Shown one piece after another: positions 43,802 through 62,254 of a stretch of 64,000 nt of DNA. A program made the translations under genes and the position numbers. The notes below the pieces were generated by a model. It had not been told where the DNA came from, made no database searches, and was given only the letters and a program-made list of their open reading frames with translations. The DNA is taken from NCBI RefSeq assembly GCF_009914755.1, contig NC_060938.1, one strand, 5' to 3'. The stretch is from the human T2T-CHM13v2.0 reference genome, Homo sapiens. Position 1 is the first letter of the stretch; each line of letters starts with the position of its first letter.

Positions 43802-44822
43802 TCAAAAAAAAAAAAAAAAAAAAAAAAAAAACAGAGAGAGAAGGAAAAAAAGCAGCTTTCTAGGCAAATACATGAAAACAATGTAGAAAGAGCCACAGTG
43901 CAGTATATATTCTATTTTTATGTTATATTTATAGTAATTTGAATATAAAGACCTCTGTTGAGAGGAAAAAAAGAGGACCAAAGTTTCATTATATGAATAT
44001 TTGCTTCTCTTTGTCCCTCACACCCTACACACAGAAACACAAACAAAAGCCTCTCATTGTTTCCCCTGATGGAACAACGATGACTAAGTGGCTGCATAAA
44101 TCATCCAGAGTTACCAAAACTTCATTCCCAGTCATTTGACACCATTTAGGGAGGACTGTGTTGGAAATGTGCAGCTGTTAAAGGCCCCACCACCCCCACT
44201 TAAGAATTAGGAGGCGTAAGAATAGGAAAGTAGTCAATACTACCGTCTCTAAGTGGAATATGGGTGTTTCATTTAAAGTTATTCCATCAATTTGAGGGTG
44301 AAAATATAATTCTCCCTTCCTTTGTCATAACTCAGGCACAGACTGTTTTCAAAATAAATTGAAGGCGAGAAGATTGAAAATTTTAGAGTTCGACTTGCAA
44401 ATTAGAACCCGATGAATTTATTCACAGTCCAGTAGACAACTCTACAGTAAGGTTTGTACTGGTAAACTGGAGTGCTGTGGGGTTAATTTCTCAGAGATGA
44501 AGAACGGGTTAATAATCTCACCCTGATTATTCAGTATCTACTGAAAAGTGTTTACCACAGAGACGCAAGACAATAGAGACTGCATGCCACGTCCCCCTCT
44601 GCTATGACATACTCACACTGCTTTCAAACCATATTAATACCATGGATTGTGAATGCTCTACTCATTCTAGTTATTCGGGCAAAAATTCTCTTGTTAGTTG
44701 GCAAGAGCACCTCAAACCTCTTTTCAACCATCAGCAGTTAGTACTTTACTTTCCCTTGCTCACACCACCTGAATAATCAGGAATGCCTCTGTATTCATCA
44801 GTGCCTCCTTCACGGGGCAAAT

Positions 44823-44999
44823 TGTGTATACTATACATATACACACACATATATACACACATATGCCCATATATGTATATATACATATATAGAGCTATAT
44901 ACTTATATGTGCATGTGTGCATGCGCGTGGGTGTGCACGTGTGTGTGCATGTGTGTGCATGTGTGTGTGTGCACATATGTGTGCGTGTGTGTGTGTGTA

Positions 45000-45000
<1 letters not shown>
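44823..45000. repeat. Alternating purine/pyrimidine low-complexity tract
   Basis: Mixed (TA)/(CA)/(TG) runs over about 180 bp. Confidence 0.9.
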
Positions 45001-45674
<674 letters not shown>

Positions 45675-45685
45675 TGGGGATATTT

Positions 45686-45688
45686 GTA

Positions 45689-45767
<79 letters not shown>
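45686..45767. repeat. (TG)(TA)n(CA)n compound microsatellite
   Basis: Directly visible. Confidence 0.92.
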
Positions 45768-45887
45768 TCATGTGTCTTAAGAAACTGAGAGTTGGCCGGG
45801 CGTGGTGGCTCACTCCTGTAATGCCAGCATTTTGGGAGGCCGAGGCGGGCGGATCACAAGGTCAGGAGATCGAGACCATCCTGGCTA

Positions 45888-46103
<216 letters not shown>

Positions 46104-48217
46104 TTACATAAATTTTCTCTTTTTTGAGACAGAGTCTTGCTCTGTTGCCCAGGCTGGAGTGCAGTGGCAGGATCTGAGCTCACTGCAACCTCCGCCTCCG
46201 GGTTCAAGTGATTCTCCTGCGTCAGCCTCCCAAGTAGCTGGTAGTACAGACACCTGCCACCACGCCCGGCTAATTTTTGTGTTTTTAGTAGAGACAGGGT
46301 TTCACCATGTTGGCCAGGCTGGTCTCGAACTCCTAACCTCAGATGATCCACCCGCCTTGGCCCCCCAAAGTGTTGGGATTACAGGCGTGAGCCACCGTGC
46401 CCAGCCAGATTTTCCTTTTGCCTGCCTTTCTGTTTTTTTCTCTGATCTTTTAAAAATCAAATTATTCACTGACAACCTTATTCTTTTTAAACATTTAAAT
46501 CTAATTATATGTTTAAGATCTACTTAACAAGGTGAGTGGATCTGCTATAATTATTGTAACTACGTTATGTTCACCTATTTGATATTTTTACTTCATTTTC
46601 TTGGCTCTTAAGACTTTTTTTTAAAACTGTGCTTTTTAAGGAGTTTCTTAATTTATTGATTTAGTTTGCCTCTTTTTTTTTCCGAACAATCCAGAAATTT
46701 ATTATTTTATATAACAAGAAGTAGTACAGCAGTGGGGCAGTTTTGCAGTTGGTTAACTCAGTGGTTCAATGTTGTCAAGGACACAGATTCTTTCCATTTG
46801 CTCCCTGGTCATCCCAACCAAATTGGCTTTTGTCCTCCAGTTTGTCCCTTCATGTGCTCCTCGGCAACTTCTCTTCCTGATGATTATGCTTGGGTTTTCT
46901 CCCTCTCCACAGTTCCCAGTGCCTACTCCTGTTTGCTTACCTAGAGGAGTCTTGCCTCAGGAGATCTGAGGTCTGGGGCTTTGAGCTTCTGGCCTGGCCT
47001 CCACCCTGCCTCTCTGGAAGGTTATCTGATCTGACTCCAGCTGGCATAGCTCTGCGCCCCAATGCCCCTCTCCTGGGCTGGACTTGGAATTAATTCACAT
47101 TCTTTTTTTTTTTTTTTTTTTGAGTCAGAGTTTCGCTCTTGTTGCCCAGGCTGGAGTGCAATGGCACAGTCTTGGCTCACTGGCTCATTGAAACCTCCGT
47201 CTCCTGGGTTCAAGCAGTTCTCCAAGGGAGCCTCCCAAGTAGCTGAGATTACAGGCATATGCCACAGGGTTTCATGTCGGCCAGGCTGGTCTTGAACTCC
47301 TGACCTCACGTGATCCACCTGCCTCAGCCTCCCAAAGTGTTGGGATTACAGGCGTGAGCCACAGCACCTGACCTCATTCACATCTTGAATTAAAAACCAT
47401 AAGCAGTTCAGGGATGAAATTCATTGTCTATTTCTCATTATCTGTGCACCCCATTCCTTCCTCGCTTCTGAGGACACCCCACTCCCCTGGTCTCTCTGGG
47501 TCTTCAGCATACCCTGCTGCCTCTCTTCTGGCCTGGAAGTCTCCCAACATTCAGACGGGTTCTTCTCGCAAAATATTCTCTCCTCTGGGAAAAGTTACCC
47601 ATTTGCGGCTTCTCCTCTCACTCTTTGTAGATCCTTCTTTACCTTACCTAGGGAGAGATTCAGGTCTCATCTCCAACCACAGCTTGTAACCTGAATATTC
47701 GGTCACTACTGTGAGTTGAATGTGCCCTTAGCTGAATGCCCCCACCTTTACTGCCCAGATCTGTCATTGTGCACATGCTGTTAACATGACAATTCTATTC
47801 AAATATTGTTTAAAGCTAAGAACTGAGAAATGGTGGGATTATATTCAATACAAGTCACTTTTTTTTCTTTAAGTACATGGATCAAAAGTGAAGACGTAAA
47901 ATTACTGGGGCTTGCATTTAGTTATGAGACCCATTGAGGTGGATAAAATTAATGGGAAAACAACAGCTCTAGCTCCAAAAAGGAAAGGGCTGAATTTCAG
48001 AAATCGACTGGGTAAGACATGACAATTAAGTGAAATGTGTGATTTTTTTTCCCTTCTTTCTTCTGGATCCTGTATTTTAAAAACCTACAAAGGGTATTAT
48101 TGGAATAACTGGGAAATTCTGAATAGGGACTGTATTTTCAATGCTACTATTGTATTAATGTAAAATTTCCCGAGTGAGATACTTATTTTTTTTATTTTTA
48201 TTTATTTATTTATTTGA

Positions 48218-48528
<311 letters not shown>

Positions 48529-49762
48529 TGAATATTTTTATTCTTAGGAGATACACACCGAAGTATTTTTGGATGAAGTGTCACAGTGTCTATAGTTAAC
48601 TCTTAAATGGTTCAGCAAATGATTTTTAAAAAATAGAATGCAAATGCAGTAAAATTTAATTGATAAATCTGCGTGAACATCTGGTGACATATGGTGTTCA
48701 TTGTACTACTTGCAACTTTTCTATCTTTGAAATTTTTCAAAATAAAAAGATGTGAAAAAGCCGTGACAGGTGGACAGTCACCACTCTGACATAAGGACCG
48801 TGTGTGTGTATGTAGGAGGTATCATAGTTTAAGTTTATATTTAGAAACTTTAGCAGTATAATCATTCAAGAAAGAAGATCACATCATTTTCTATTTAAAA
48901 CCTCCATTAACAGTCTAGTGGGTGAAAGGGCTGGTGAGTGATGTTGCTTCCTGAAGGCAGAGGCTGACTCTATCCCCTCTCTGAAGCCTCCACCACTTCC
49001 ACAGAACCCTGTTTGCAGGGTACAGGCCCCACAGAGGAAGTTGGCCGTGACTCTCACTGCCGTAACTGCTCAGGTACAGACACAGTTCAGTTGCTTCTGT
49101 CTCTTGAGTTGGGTCATCCTAGGAGGTGGGGAGTAACATGTCAGTCCTGCCAGTTGTCAGGCTCTAGTCTAGACTTTCACATATGTTATCACATTCCAAC
49201 TGCACAGCCTCCTGGTGAGGGAGGAATTATCATCCCCATCTACAAATGAGAAAACAAAGTCCAGGAGTGGTTTTCAGCCAAAGCCACAAAGCTGGTAAGT
49301 GGTGGAGCTTGGATTCCAGTGGAGTCTTTCCACCAGAGAAAACCTAATAAATACAGCAACAAAGCTGGTCTGTCTCACTCCACACATCCTAACTGGAACA
49401 CAACATGTCAATCCCAGATAATTTACAAAGTTATCAACTGGGTTTCAGAACAAATTTGCCCATTTGCTATGGAGAAGCTGATGTCCTCTAAGCCTGTGTT
49501 CATCAACTAGAGGGATGTCCAGATCCCACTGCTGCCCACTGTATTTTTGACACAAGTCAAATCAGTTTGGCTGTATTGTTTGCTGCTCACTATCACCGTA
49601 TTAAAGATTTGTGAGGGGCACTGCTACTGCTGCTGCACTTCAGGGTATGAATCCATTCAATGTTTGCTTTCTCACCTCTATCTAGGCTGGCAATGTTAGG
49701 TGTTTGTTGTGGTTGTTGTTTGGGTTTATTTTTAGAAAGTGATACAGGAATTAATTTCCTAA

Positions 49763-50143
<381 letters not shown>

Positions 50144-50228
50144 TGAAAATATAATTGAAACTAGATATGAACTTTATTTTCATTTTTTTTCTTTTCCAAG
50201 GAAAGGCTATTTTAAAAATTTAAAGTAA

Positions 50229-50582
<354 letters not shown>

Positions 50583-50724
50583 TAATTTTTATTTATTTAT
50601 TTTGTTAGAGTGGCTGCTCCTTGTGGAGCAGGGCTAACCCACAGGCAGTGAGCCCAGAGTTGCCTAAAAATTAACATTTTTTTTGTCAGATCAAAATCTA
50701 TAACAAGAACTACTACTACTAATG

Positions 50725-50922
50725 ATATGCCAGAAATTGTGCTAAGTGATTTCTATGTATTGTGTCATTTGCTTCTTGCAACAACCTTGTGGTTAGATAG
50801 TCTTCTGAGCCTTAGAGGAGGTTAAGTAACTTGTCCAGGTCAGTCAGCTAATACACAGCTGAGGTAGAGCTGAGACTGGAACTCAAATCTAGCTAACACC
50901 AAAGTGTAAGTTCTTAATCACA
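50725..50922 (-). mobile_element. MIR fragment (similar fragments near 43000-43150, 49170-49320 and 56650-56750)
   Basis: MIR core-like ttagaggaggttaagtaacttgtccaggtcagtcagctaa. Confidence 0.65.
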
Positions 50923-51191
50923 GCTGTCTCCTAATTATAAAAACATATATATTCATTGTAAAAATATTTGGAAAATATGGAAAGTCTGAAGAAGAAATAA
51001 AATACCTCTGAAATCCTATCTACGAAAAGCAATCACCAGTAACATTGTCATTCAACCTTTTTCTCTGCACATATATCTTTTGCCTATATATGATATACAT
51101 TTTTGCATATAATGTTCAGTCAAAAGCAGAAAACAAGACAACACTGAATAATCCTGCTTCTTAAAAATATGTGGAAATGATATATAAATAA

Positions 51192-51578
<387 letters not shown>

Positions 51579-51595
51579 TAACATAACATTTAAAT

Positions 51596-51614
51596 TATAT
51601 ATATAATATATTTT

Positions 51615-51688
<74 letters not shown>
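51596..51688. repeat. (TA)(CA)n(TA)n(GA)n compound microsatellite
   Basis: Directly visible. Confidence 0.95.
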
Positions 51689-51690
<2 letters not shown>

Positions 51691-52530
51691 CCTACTACAT
51701 GCCAGCTGAGGTGCTAGGCACAAGGAGAGTGGTGAGCAAAAGAGACACAGTCGCATCCTTCAGTGGGTGAGCAACCTAGTGGGGGAGATAAGCATTAATC
51801 CACCGATCACAAAAAAATTAATCCATACTGTGATTAGAAGGGAAGGCACATGATGCTGACAGCACACACCACTGGAGAGACCTGTCCCGGTCTGAGGGAT
51901 TATGGACAATCTCTTTGAGAAAATGATCCTGGGCTTGAGATCTGAGTGAAATGTAGGAGTTAGCTGAGCAAAGAGGCTGCATAAGAGCATTGTCGGCAGT
52001 GGGAACAGTGAGTGCAAAGGTCCTGTGCCAGGAAACAGCACAAGGCATTTGAGGAACAGTCAGTGTTGCTATAGCAGCTGTAGCCCAGAAAGCAAGAGGG
52101 TATAGGAGCTGGGAGGCAGAAGGAGTTCCGGATTAGCCCCTGCAGACCTCATTGAAGATCTTGATCTTTATGCTAAAACGCAAAGCAATTGAAGGATTGT
52201 AAACAGGATGAGCTCTGAGCTTGGGAAAGATTTCTCTGCCTACAGTGTGGAGAACAAGCAGGAGGTGGGCAAGACTATAAGAACCGTAACAGCCCTGGTG
52301 AGAGATGACAGCAGCCCGGACCAGGGGGATGAAAAAAGTAAAAAGTCTGAGATATGCTGGAGGATAAAATTTTGAGGACCGGTGATCAGTGGCTAAGGAA
52401 GGGTGAGAGTGAGGAAGAAGGAGGTGGCAGGATGCTAACTGGTTTCTGGCTTGCAGGACTAGAGACAGTCTCTGCATCAGGAATACTGGCAGAGAAGCAA
52501 GTTTGGAGGAGGGGGTCCAATCATGAAGCT
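51689..52530 (-). mobile_element. L2 fragment
   Basis: ctactacatgccag...gtgctagg, gggaacagtgagtgcaaaggtcctg, GA-rich antisense L2 text. Confidence 0.7.
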
Positions 52531-52537
52531 GGGTTAG

Positions 52538-52684
<147 letters not shown>

Positions 52685-52978
52685 TAACACGCCTGGCTAA
52701 TTTTTAGTATTTTTAGTAGAAACAGGGTTTTGCCATGTTGGCCAGGCTGGTCTTGAACTCCTGGCCTCAAGGCTGGTCTCGAACTCCTGGCCTCAATCCC
52801 AAAGTACTAGGATTACAGGTGTGAGCCACCATGCCTCGTCCAGTTTTTACAATCTTGTTTGTTTGTTTTGAAATGGAGTCTTGCTCTGTCCCCCAGGCTG
52901 GAGGGCAGTGGTGAAATCTTGGGTCATTGCAACCTCTGCCTCCCAAGTTCAAGTGATTCTCCTGCCTCAGCCTCCTGA

Positions 52979-53167
<189 letters not shown>

Positions 53168-53169
53168 TA

Positions 53170-53493
<324 letters not shown>

Positions 53494-53704
53494 TTAATTT
53501 CCAAATATTTGTGAATTTCCTAAATTTCATTCTATTATTCTAATTTCACTCCAGCTGATCAGAGAACATTGTATGATTTCAATCTACTGATTCAAACCAG
53601 AAAAGAAAAGATAATTATTTAGTTAGTTAGTTTTCCCTTTAATCTTCCAGGTTGTAAGCACGGCACATGGTGGTGGTAAATAAAAGGACCAAAGGGCAGT
53701 CCAC

Positions 53705-54275
53705 AGATTAGTTTACTGGTCAAAGGGGAAAACACAACTTTGTAATGGGAGAGATCAGACTGTGACCATTTGACTGCACTGATCAATCTTGGCCTCACTG
53801 TCAGTGGAGCAACCAGATATTTTGTGCACCTGATGTGATTCAGTAAGAAGGACACAGCATAAGCTATAAAATTTCTTACCAAAATTGTGTAACCTGAATC
53901 TAAGCAACCATTTAGATCTAACTACCAGCTTATAGGAAATACAAGAAATAGAGGAACAGAGGCAGGCCATCACAAGGAAACCATCAGACAAATCCAGAAG
54001 GTAGGACATTCTACAGGACAAACTGACTTAGTTTCTTCATCAAGTCAATGGCATTAAGAAAAAGTGTGTGTGGGGGGGCGCTGGGGGTATTTAAGATTGT
54101 TCTAGATTATAAGAGACTTAAGAATAAAAAACAAACAGTGTGTGGACTTTGCTGGACTCTAGTTTGAACATACAAGCTGTAAAATGACATTATGGAGACA
54201 ATTGGGAAAATTTAAATATAGATTAGGTATTAGATTAGATCAAGAAATTGTTAATTTTGCTAGAAGTGATAATGG
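53705..54275 (+). mobile_element. L1ME-type 3' UTR fragment
   Basis: ggaaaccatcagacaaatccagaaggtaggacattctacagga. Confidence 0.6.
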
Positions 54276-56191
54276 TCTCTTTCTGATGCACAGCCAGGGT
54301 TCAGAATGTCTGGTCTGAATCTAGTAGGACTCAGGCAGCACAACTGGGTGTTTGCAAGACCAAAAGTATTCATAATCTCACTAGATTTATTTCAGCAATG
54401 GGGAGAAAACCTCTGCTACAGGAATATCTCTGGATAAGAAGTGGCTGCTAAAGGTCTGATGCCTGAAAATTATGATTGGCAGGTTTGGAATTCATAAAAA
54501 TTCCAGTAAGCCCAACAGCTTCTTGTAAGCATGTGGATTTCACGGGAGTGAAAGTTGTTCTGGGGACCCCAAGGATCTAAAGTTATGGTTGATTATTTTC
54601 AAAAATCAGTGAAAAGTAGAGTAATGAGCTGCCATACTTTTCACCTGCTCAATATCACTGTCCAGAAAGAAACTGACCCTTTCTGTTGGTGTTTTGGTAA
54701 AACTTCAGCACTGGTCAGTTCACTTACACAGTTCCTTCCTTATGTCCAGGCACTCAGTGGGAGGAATGTGAAAAAGTCTGCATTAGCACATGAGATTTTA
54801 AATTTTGCTTTAGAATAGGTTTGTTTGCATATGTGTGAGCTGAAGTTCCTGCTACCTTGAAATAAAAAACAGTTGTGATGGTTGGACTCTTTTTTTCCCC
54901 CTGCTAATTTAACTATTCATAGAATATATTTTGCCCTTCCTAATTATCTCACCCTAGTAAAATCAACCAGCAATTGAACCCCTGAATCATCACAGTTTGG
55001 ATGGCCACTTTCCTAGTTCCACTGACCTTGGTCCAGGAACACTGCGGACAGGGAGGTTCATGAATCTAATTCAGTTTTCACTTCTCTTATCTTGATGTAG
55101 AGATAAGAGCTCCAGATCCTATATTTCTAAGTATTGAGGAAAGGAGGAGAGGACGGAATTTATGTTATTGAGTAGCCATTATTGGCCAAGGATTATACTA
55201 TTTTACCTATGTTCATTCATTCAATTGGGGACAAATGTAATTTAGTAGTTAAGAGTGCTGGCTCTAAAAAATGAAATCAGAGAGAGAAATGGGGATGTGA
55301 ATCTGAAAATATGTCAATAATTATTGACTTTAAATGGAGAGATACAGGTACTCTGTACCATTCTTTCAGCTTTTGAAAATTTTCATAATAAAAATAATGT
55401 CCTCAAACAGTTAAACAGGCCAGGCACGGTGGCTCACACCTGTAATCCCAGCACTTGGGGAGGTCAAGGTGGGAAACTCACTTGAGCCTAGGAGTTGGAA
55501 GCTGCAGGGAGCTATGATTGTACCTCTGTACTCCAGTCTGGGTGACAGAGCAAGACCCTGTCTCTTAAAAAAAAGTTAAACATAATTATCATATTACTAG
55601 CATATGACAGATAGGTACATATATTTTTAAGAAAAATGAAAACATACAACCACACAAACAAACTTGTACACAAAGATTCATAACAGCATTGTTTATGTAT
55701 TTATGTATTTATTTATTTTGAGACAGAGTCTCAAAATAAACAGAGTGGTTTCGGCTCACTGCAACCTCCACCTCCTGGGTTCAAGTGATTTTCCTGCCTC
55801 AGCCTCCCGAGTAGCTGGGATTACAGGCACACACCACCACACCCGGCTAATTTTTTGTATCTTTAGTAGAGACAGGGTTTCACTATGTTGGCCAGACTGG
55901 TCTTGAACTCCTGACCTCGTGATCCACCCTCCTTGGCCTCCCAAAGTGCTGGGATTACAGGTGTAATTGCACCACCGTGCCCGGCCGTATTTATTTTTTA
56001 ACATTTAAAAGAGACAACGGGCTGGGTGCAGTGGCTCATGCCTGTAATCCCAGCACTTTGGGAGGCTGAGGTGGGTGGATCACCTGAGGTCAGGAGTTTG
56101 AAACCAGCCTGGCCAACATGGTGAAACCCCATCTCTACTAAAAATACTAAAAATAGCCGGGCATGGTGGGGCACATCTGTAGCCCCAGCTA

Positions 56192-56344
<153 letters not shown>

Positions 56345-56720
56345 TTAAAAAAACCCCACAAATAAACAAAAAAAACAGTGGCACCATCTCAGCTCACTAC
56401 AGCTTCAACTTCCTGGCCTCAAGCAATCCTCCCACCTCAGCCTCTCCAAGTAGCTTGGACTACAGGTGCACGCCACCATCCTCAGCTAACTTTTTAACTT
56501 TTTGTAGAGACGGGGTCTCTGTATGTTCCCCAGGCTGGTCCCCAACTCCTGGGATCAAGTGATCTTCTAGAGTCTGCCTCTTGAATTGCTGGGATTACAG
56601 CTGTAAGCCACGGCAGCCAATGTGTCAATTTTTTAAAAGGCTATTATTGATTATCCAACAACCCTAGAGGTAGTACTATTTCTGTTTTCAGACGAGGACT
56701 CTGGCACCCAGAAAAGTTGA

Positions 56721-56996
<276 letters not shown>

Positions 56997-57519
56997 TGAT
57001 CCACCCGTCTCGGCCTCCCAAAATGCTGGAATTACAGGCGTGAGCCACCGCACCCGGCCAAGCAGGAACAAGCATTCTAATAACACATCTGACTGCAAAA
57101 GCCAGGCTTTTCTACCATGTAATTTTGCCTGCCGGTGTAGACATGTCTTTTGTGGTATAATAAGCCTTCATAGAAGGTGCTCTAAGAATTAAGCAACTGC
57201 ATGTGAGAAATCAATATGTTACAAAAATACACTTTTAATGTGACATAGCCTTTTATGCCAAAGTGATATTTATTTAATATTCCCCCAATTTCTCTAGCTT
57301 GATCATTTGCTACAAAGGGGATCAATAAGATCCCAATTTGTCTTTGTGAAAAGTAAATGAAGTGGACTTTCCCTCTATTCATGTGGTATTTCTAAATGGC
57401 CTTGAGCTATTTACAGTCAAGTTAATGGAATTAATACTATACCATCAAAAACATACAGCGTCCTTATCTAAAGTGCAGCACGAACACTTTCCTCTTTGTG
57501 GTATGGCCATTGACATATA

Positions 57520-57728
57520 CAGATGTTCCTCCATTTACGATGGTGTTATGTTCAGATAAACCCATCATAAATTGAAAATATCGTAAGTCAAAAACTTTCA
57601 ATTTATGATGGATTTATCTGGATGCAATACCATCATAAATCTAGAAGAGTTCCGAATGCATGTCACTTTCACCATCGTAAAAGTTGAAAAATCGTTTAGT
57701 CAAACCATGGTTAAATTTTGACCATCTG
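57520..57728 (+). mobile_element. Tigger4a (Zombi)-like MITE
   Basis: Inverted termini cagatg...catctg, TA on the left; internal gataaacccatcataaattgaaaatatcgtaagtc. Confidence 0.75.
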
Positions 57729-57804
57729 CATTTCGTTTCTTCTCCGAAAGCTCTTTTAGGGCAGTTGAGGATGCTACATAATGTATTCACCAAATTGTTT
57801 CTAA

Positions 57805-58184
<380 letters not shown>

Positions 58185-58719
58185 TTATGCTAAGGACCAG
58201 ATGCAGAGTAAAGGTTGAGGTCTTCCTTACCCCAGAACAGGGCAAAAAAGCCAAAATAACCCTTATTGATTAAGCCATAAATTCAACCACCACTTATTTC
58301 CAAAAAGTATGAACGTTAGCATTTAATCACCTTCCACCACCCCTTTCCCAAACCACACACACACACACACACACACACACCCCGCTGGGATTTTCCTGTT
58401 TTCCTGCTTCTTCTTTAAACCTGTTAAACAATGTCTGTTTAAGGTTAAAAATCTACTATAGGATGTGCTTTAGCTATGTAAGTGGTACACGCTGCAAAAA
58501 GTCTTCCAGTTGCTTTGGTTGAAAAAGTCCCTCTGAACACTTAAACATAGAAACCAATCCTGGCACATCTGACTGGATTTGAGTTTTATGTGTCCCTGGA
58601 GGGAAACCACACACTTGGAAGTCAGTGCTGTGTTTGGTACATACTAAGTATTCAACAAATGTTTTCCCAATGACTGAAATTGTCCACTTTTCTTTGACTC
58701 CTGATCGTGTTGCCTACAC

Positions 58720-58772
58720 TGTATGTATGTATGTACGTATGTATGTATGTATGTATGTATGTATGTATGTAT
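58720..58772. repeat. (TATG)n tetranucleotide STR
   Basis: About 13 units with one interruption. Confidence 0.9.
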
Positions 58773-59184
58773 TTACTTGAGACAGAGTCTCACTCTGTTG
58801 CCCCAATTTTCGTATTTATTGTAGAGATGGAGTTTTACCATGTTGCCCAGGCTGGTTTCGAACTCTTGAGCTCAAGCGATCCACTGCTTCAGCCTCCCAA
58901 AGTGCTAGGATTGCAGGCATGAGCCACCACGTCCAGCCATTGCTCACATTTTATGTCACCATTCTCATTTTTTCCAGGGACAGATTTGAGTTCCACTGCT
59001 TGGGCTAGGGGCAATGCTTTAGATGAGAAAAGAAGAGGGATGTTTGAAAATCAGTCCAGTTAGAGAAAGAAGAAAGTGAAGAGATTTATGAACCACTAGA
59101 GTTCTTTCACGCTAAAATATTTTACGCTAAAATATTAAGGTTTGAGCTCTGTGGAGGTAAATTCTCTTTCTTCTGTGGTTATGG

Positions 59185-60007
59185 TGATATGGAAGGAGAG
59201 TGCTGGCAAGGGAAGAGCTTGGTCCCTTTAAATGACACAGAAGAAGGGAAGGGAAGTGCTCCGAAGAGGAGGGCGTGGTCCCTGGCTAGGGCTCCACCCC
59301 CAGGGACCAAGGTGTAGTCAGGCATTTCCTGCCCAAATGTTGCATTTCTTAAGACCACCTGGGCCTGCCACGCCCTCATTCTGTGCCTATAAAAACCCGG
59401 GACCCTAGCAAGGCAGAGACAGAAGCAGCTGGAGCTGGAAAGGAGTACCTCGGTGGAGGAATACACAGGCAGCTGGACGTCTAGAGGAACGCACCGCCAG
59501 GCACCAGCATGCAGGCTGGCCACTGACCAGCAGAATAACGTGGAGTTTGGCTAGGGTAATCGAAGGAGCGCGTGTCTGATTCCAGGGGAAAACCAGCTCC
59601 CCCATCTGCTGAGAGCTACTTCAACTCAATAAAACCTTGCACTCATTCTCCAAGCCCACTTGTGATCCGATTCTTCCGGTACACCAAGGCAAGAACCTGG
59701 GATACAGAAAGCCCTCTGTCCTTGCCACAAGGTAGAGGGTAGAGGGTCTAATTGAGCTGGTTAACACAAGCTGCCTAGAGATAGCAAAACTAAAAGAGCA
59801 AAACTAAAAGAGCATCCTGTAACACACGCCCACTGGGGCTTCAGGAGCTGTAAATATTCACCCCTAGACACTGCTGTGGGGTCGGAGCCCCACAGCCTGC
59901 CCATCTGTAGGCTCCTCTAGAAGTCTGAGCATCGGAGCACTGAAGAAGCGAGCCACACCCCCACTGCACGCCCTGCAAGGGGGGACAAGGGAACTTGTCC
60001 CGTTTCA
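59185..60007 (+). mobile_element. ERV1-class solo LTR (LTR1/LTR28/MER52 group)
   Basis: tgat...ttca termini; 4-bp TSD atgg at 59181-59184 and 60008-60011; TATAAAA near 59388; AATAAA near 59628. Confidence 0.85.
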
Positions 60008-60166
60008 ATGGCATGGTCCCAAACCTGATAGTCCTTTGTTAATGTATGCCCTCGAAGAGGGAAAGGAAGGTAAACCCAGAGGCAAATCCGTTACCAATTT
60101 TGAAAGAAAAACCTCAAAGTACAGTTCCTATTGAGCAAAGGTCAGTGATATAATTTTTGAAAACAG

Positions 60167-60712
60167 GACCCTTTTCACAAGATGGCGCCAAAAGCGAAAA
60201 AGGAAGCGCCTGCCCCTCCTAAAGCCGAAGCCGAAGCCAAAGCAAAGGCTTTAAAGGCGAAGACGGCAGTGTTGAAAGATGTCCACATCCACACAAAAAA
60301 AGAAGACCCGCACGTCACCCACCTTCCGGAGGCCCAGGACACTGCGACTCGAGGCCACCCAAATATCCTCGGAATAGCGCCCCCAGGAGAAACAAGCTTG
60401 ACCGTTATGCCATCATCAAGTTTCTGTGGACCACTGAGTCCGCCATGAAGAAGATAGAAGACAACACCACACTTGTGTTCACGGTGGATGTTAAAGCCAA
60501 CAAGCAGCAGATCAAACAGGCTGTGAAGAAGCTCTGTGACATTGATGCGGCCAAGGTCAACACCCTGATTCGGCCTGGTGGAGAGAAGAAGGCATATGTT
60601 TGACTGGCTCCTGATTACGATGTTTTGGATGTTGCCAAAAAATTGGTATCATCTAAATTGAGTCCAGCTGGCTAGTTCTAAATATACGTGTATCTTTTCA
60701 CCATAAAAAAAA
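60167..60712 (+). pseudogene. RPL23A: RPL23A processed pseudogene
   Basis: 5' UTR gacccttttcacaag, ATG 60182 [17 protein letters not shown]; later [30 protein letters not shown] in another frame; frameshifts, TGA at 60601, original TAA 60654-60656; intronless, A-tail, TSD aa(t)n-gaaaacag. Confidence 0.96.
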
Positions 60713-61040
60713 TTTTTTTTTTGAAAACAGAGGGGAACACTTTAATGCACTCAAAGACTATGAAAAGATGATGGGCCTCCCAGATGATTTCTCCCTGAGA
60801 AATCTCTGCCTAGAGGCAAAATAAAGAGGCTAAGTAAGGCAGGATTTTCTACTGTAAAATCTAGAAACAGGACGTCTTCCTCCACCGTTCACATGAAAGT
60901 TCATTCATTTCTTCAAAAACCTTTTAATTTGAATGCCTTCTATGTACCAAAAACTATTTTAGGTGCTGGAGATCCAAATTAAGGGTTGAAAAGAATGCAA
61001 AGCATGAAGAACATTAGGAGATACGCAGAGAAAGTAGTCA

Positions 61041-61553
<513 letters not shown>

Positions 61554-61577
61554 TTAATACAGGAGGTGGAGGTTTCA

Positions 61578-62254
<677 letters not shown>

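Noticed and set aside
60182-60448. Functional RPL23A gene
   Set aside because: Frameshift after about 40 codons, internal TGA, no introns, A-tail and TSD.
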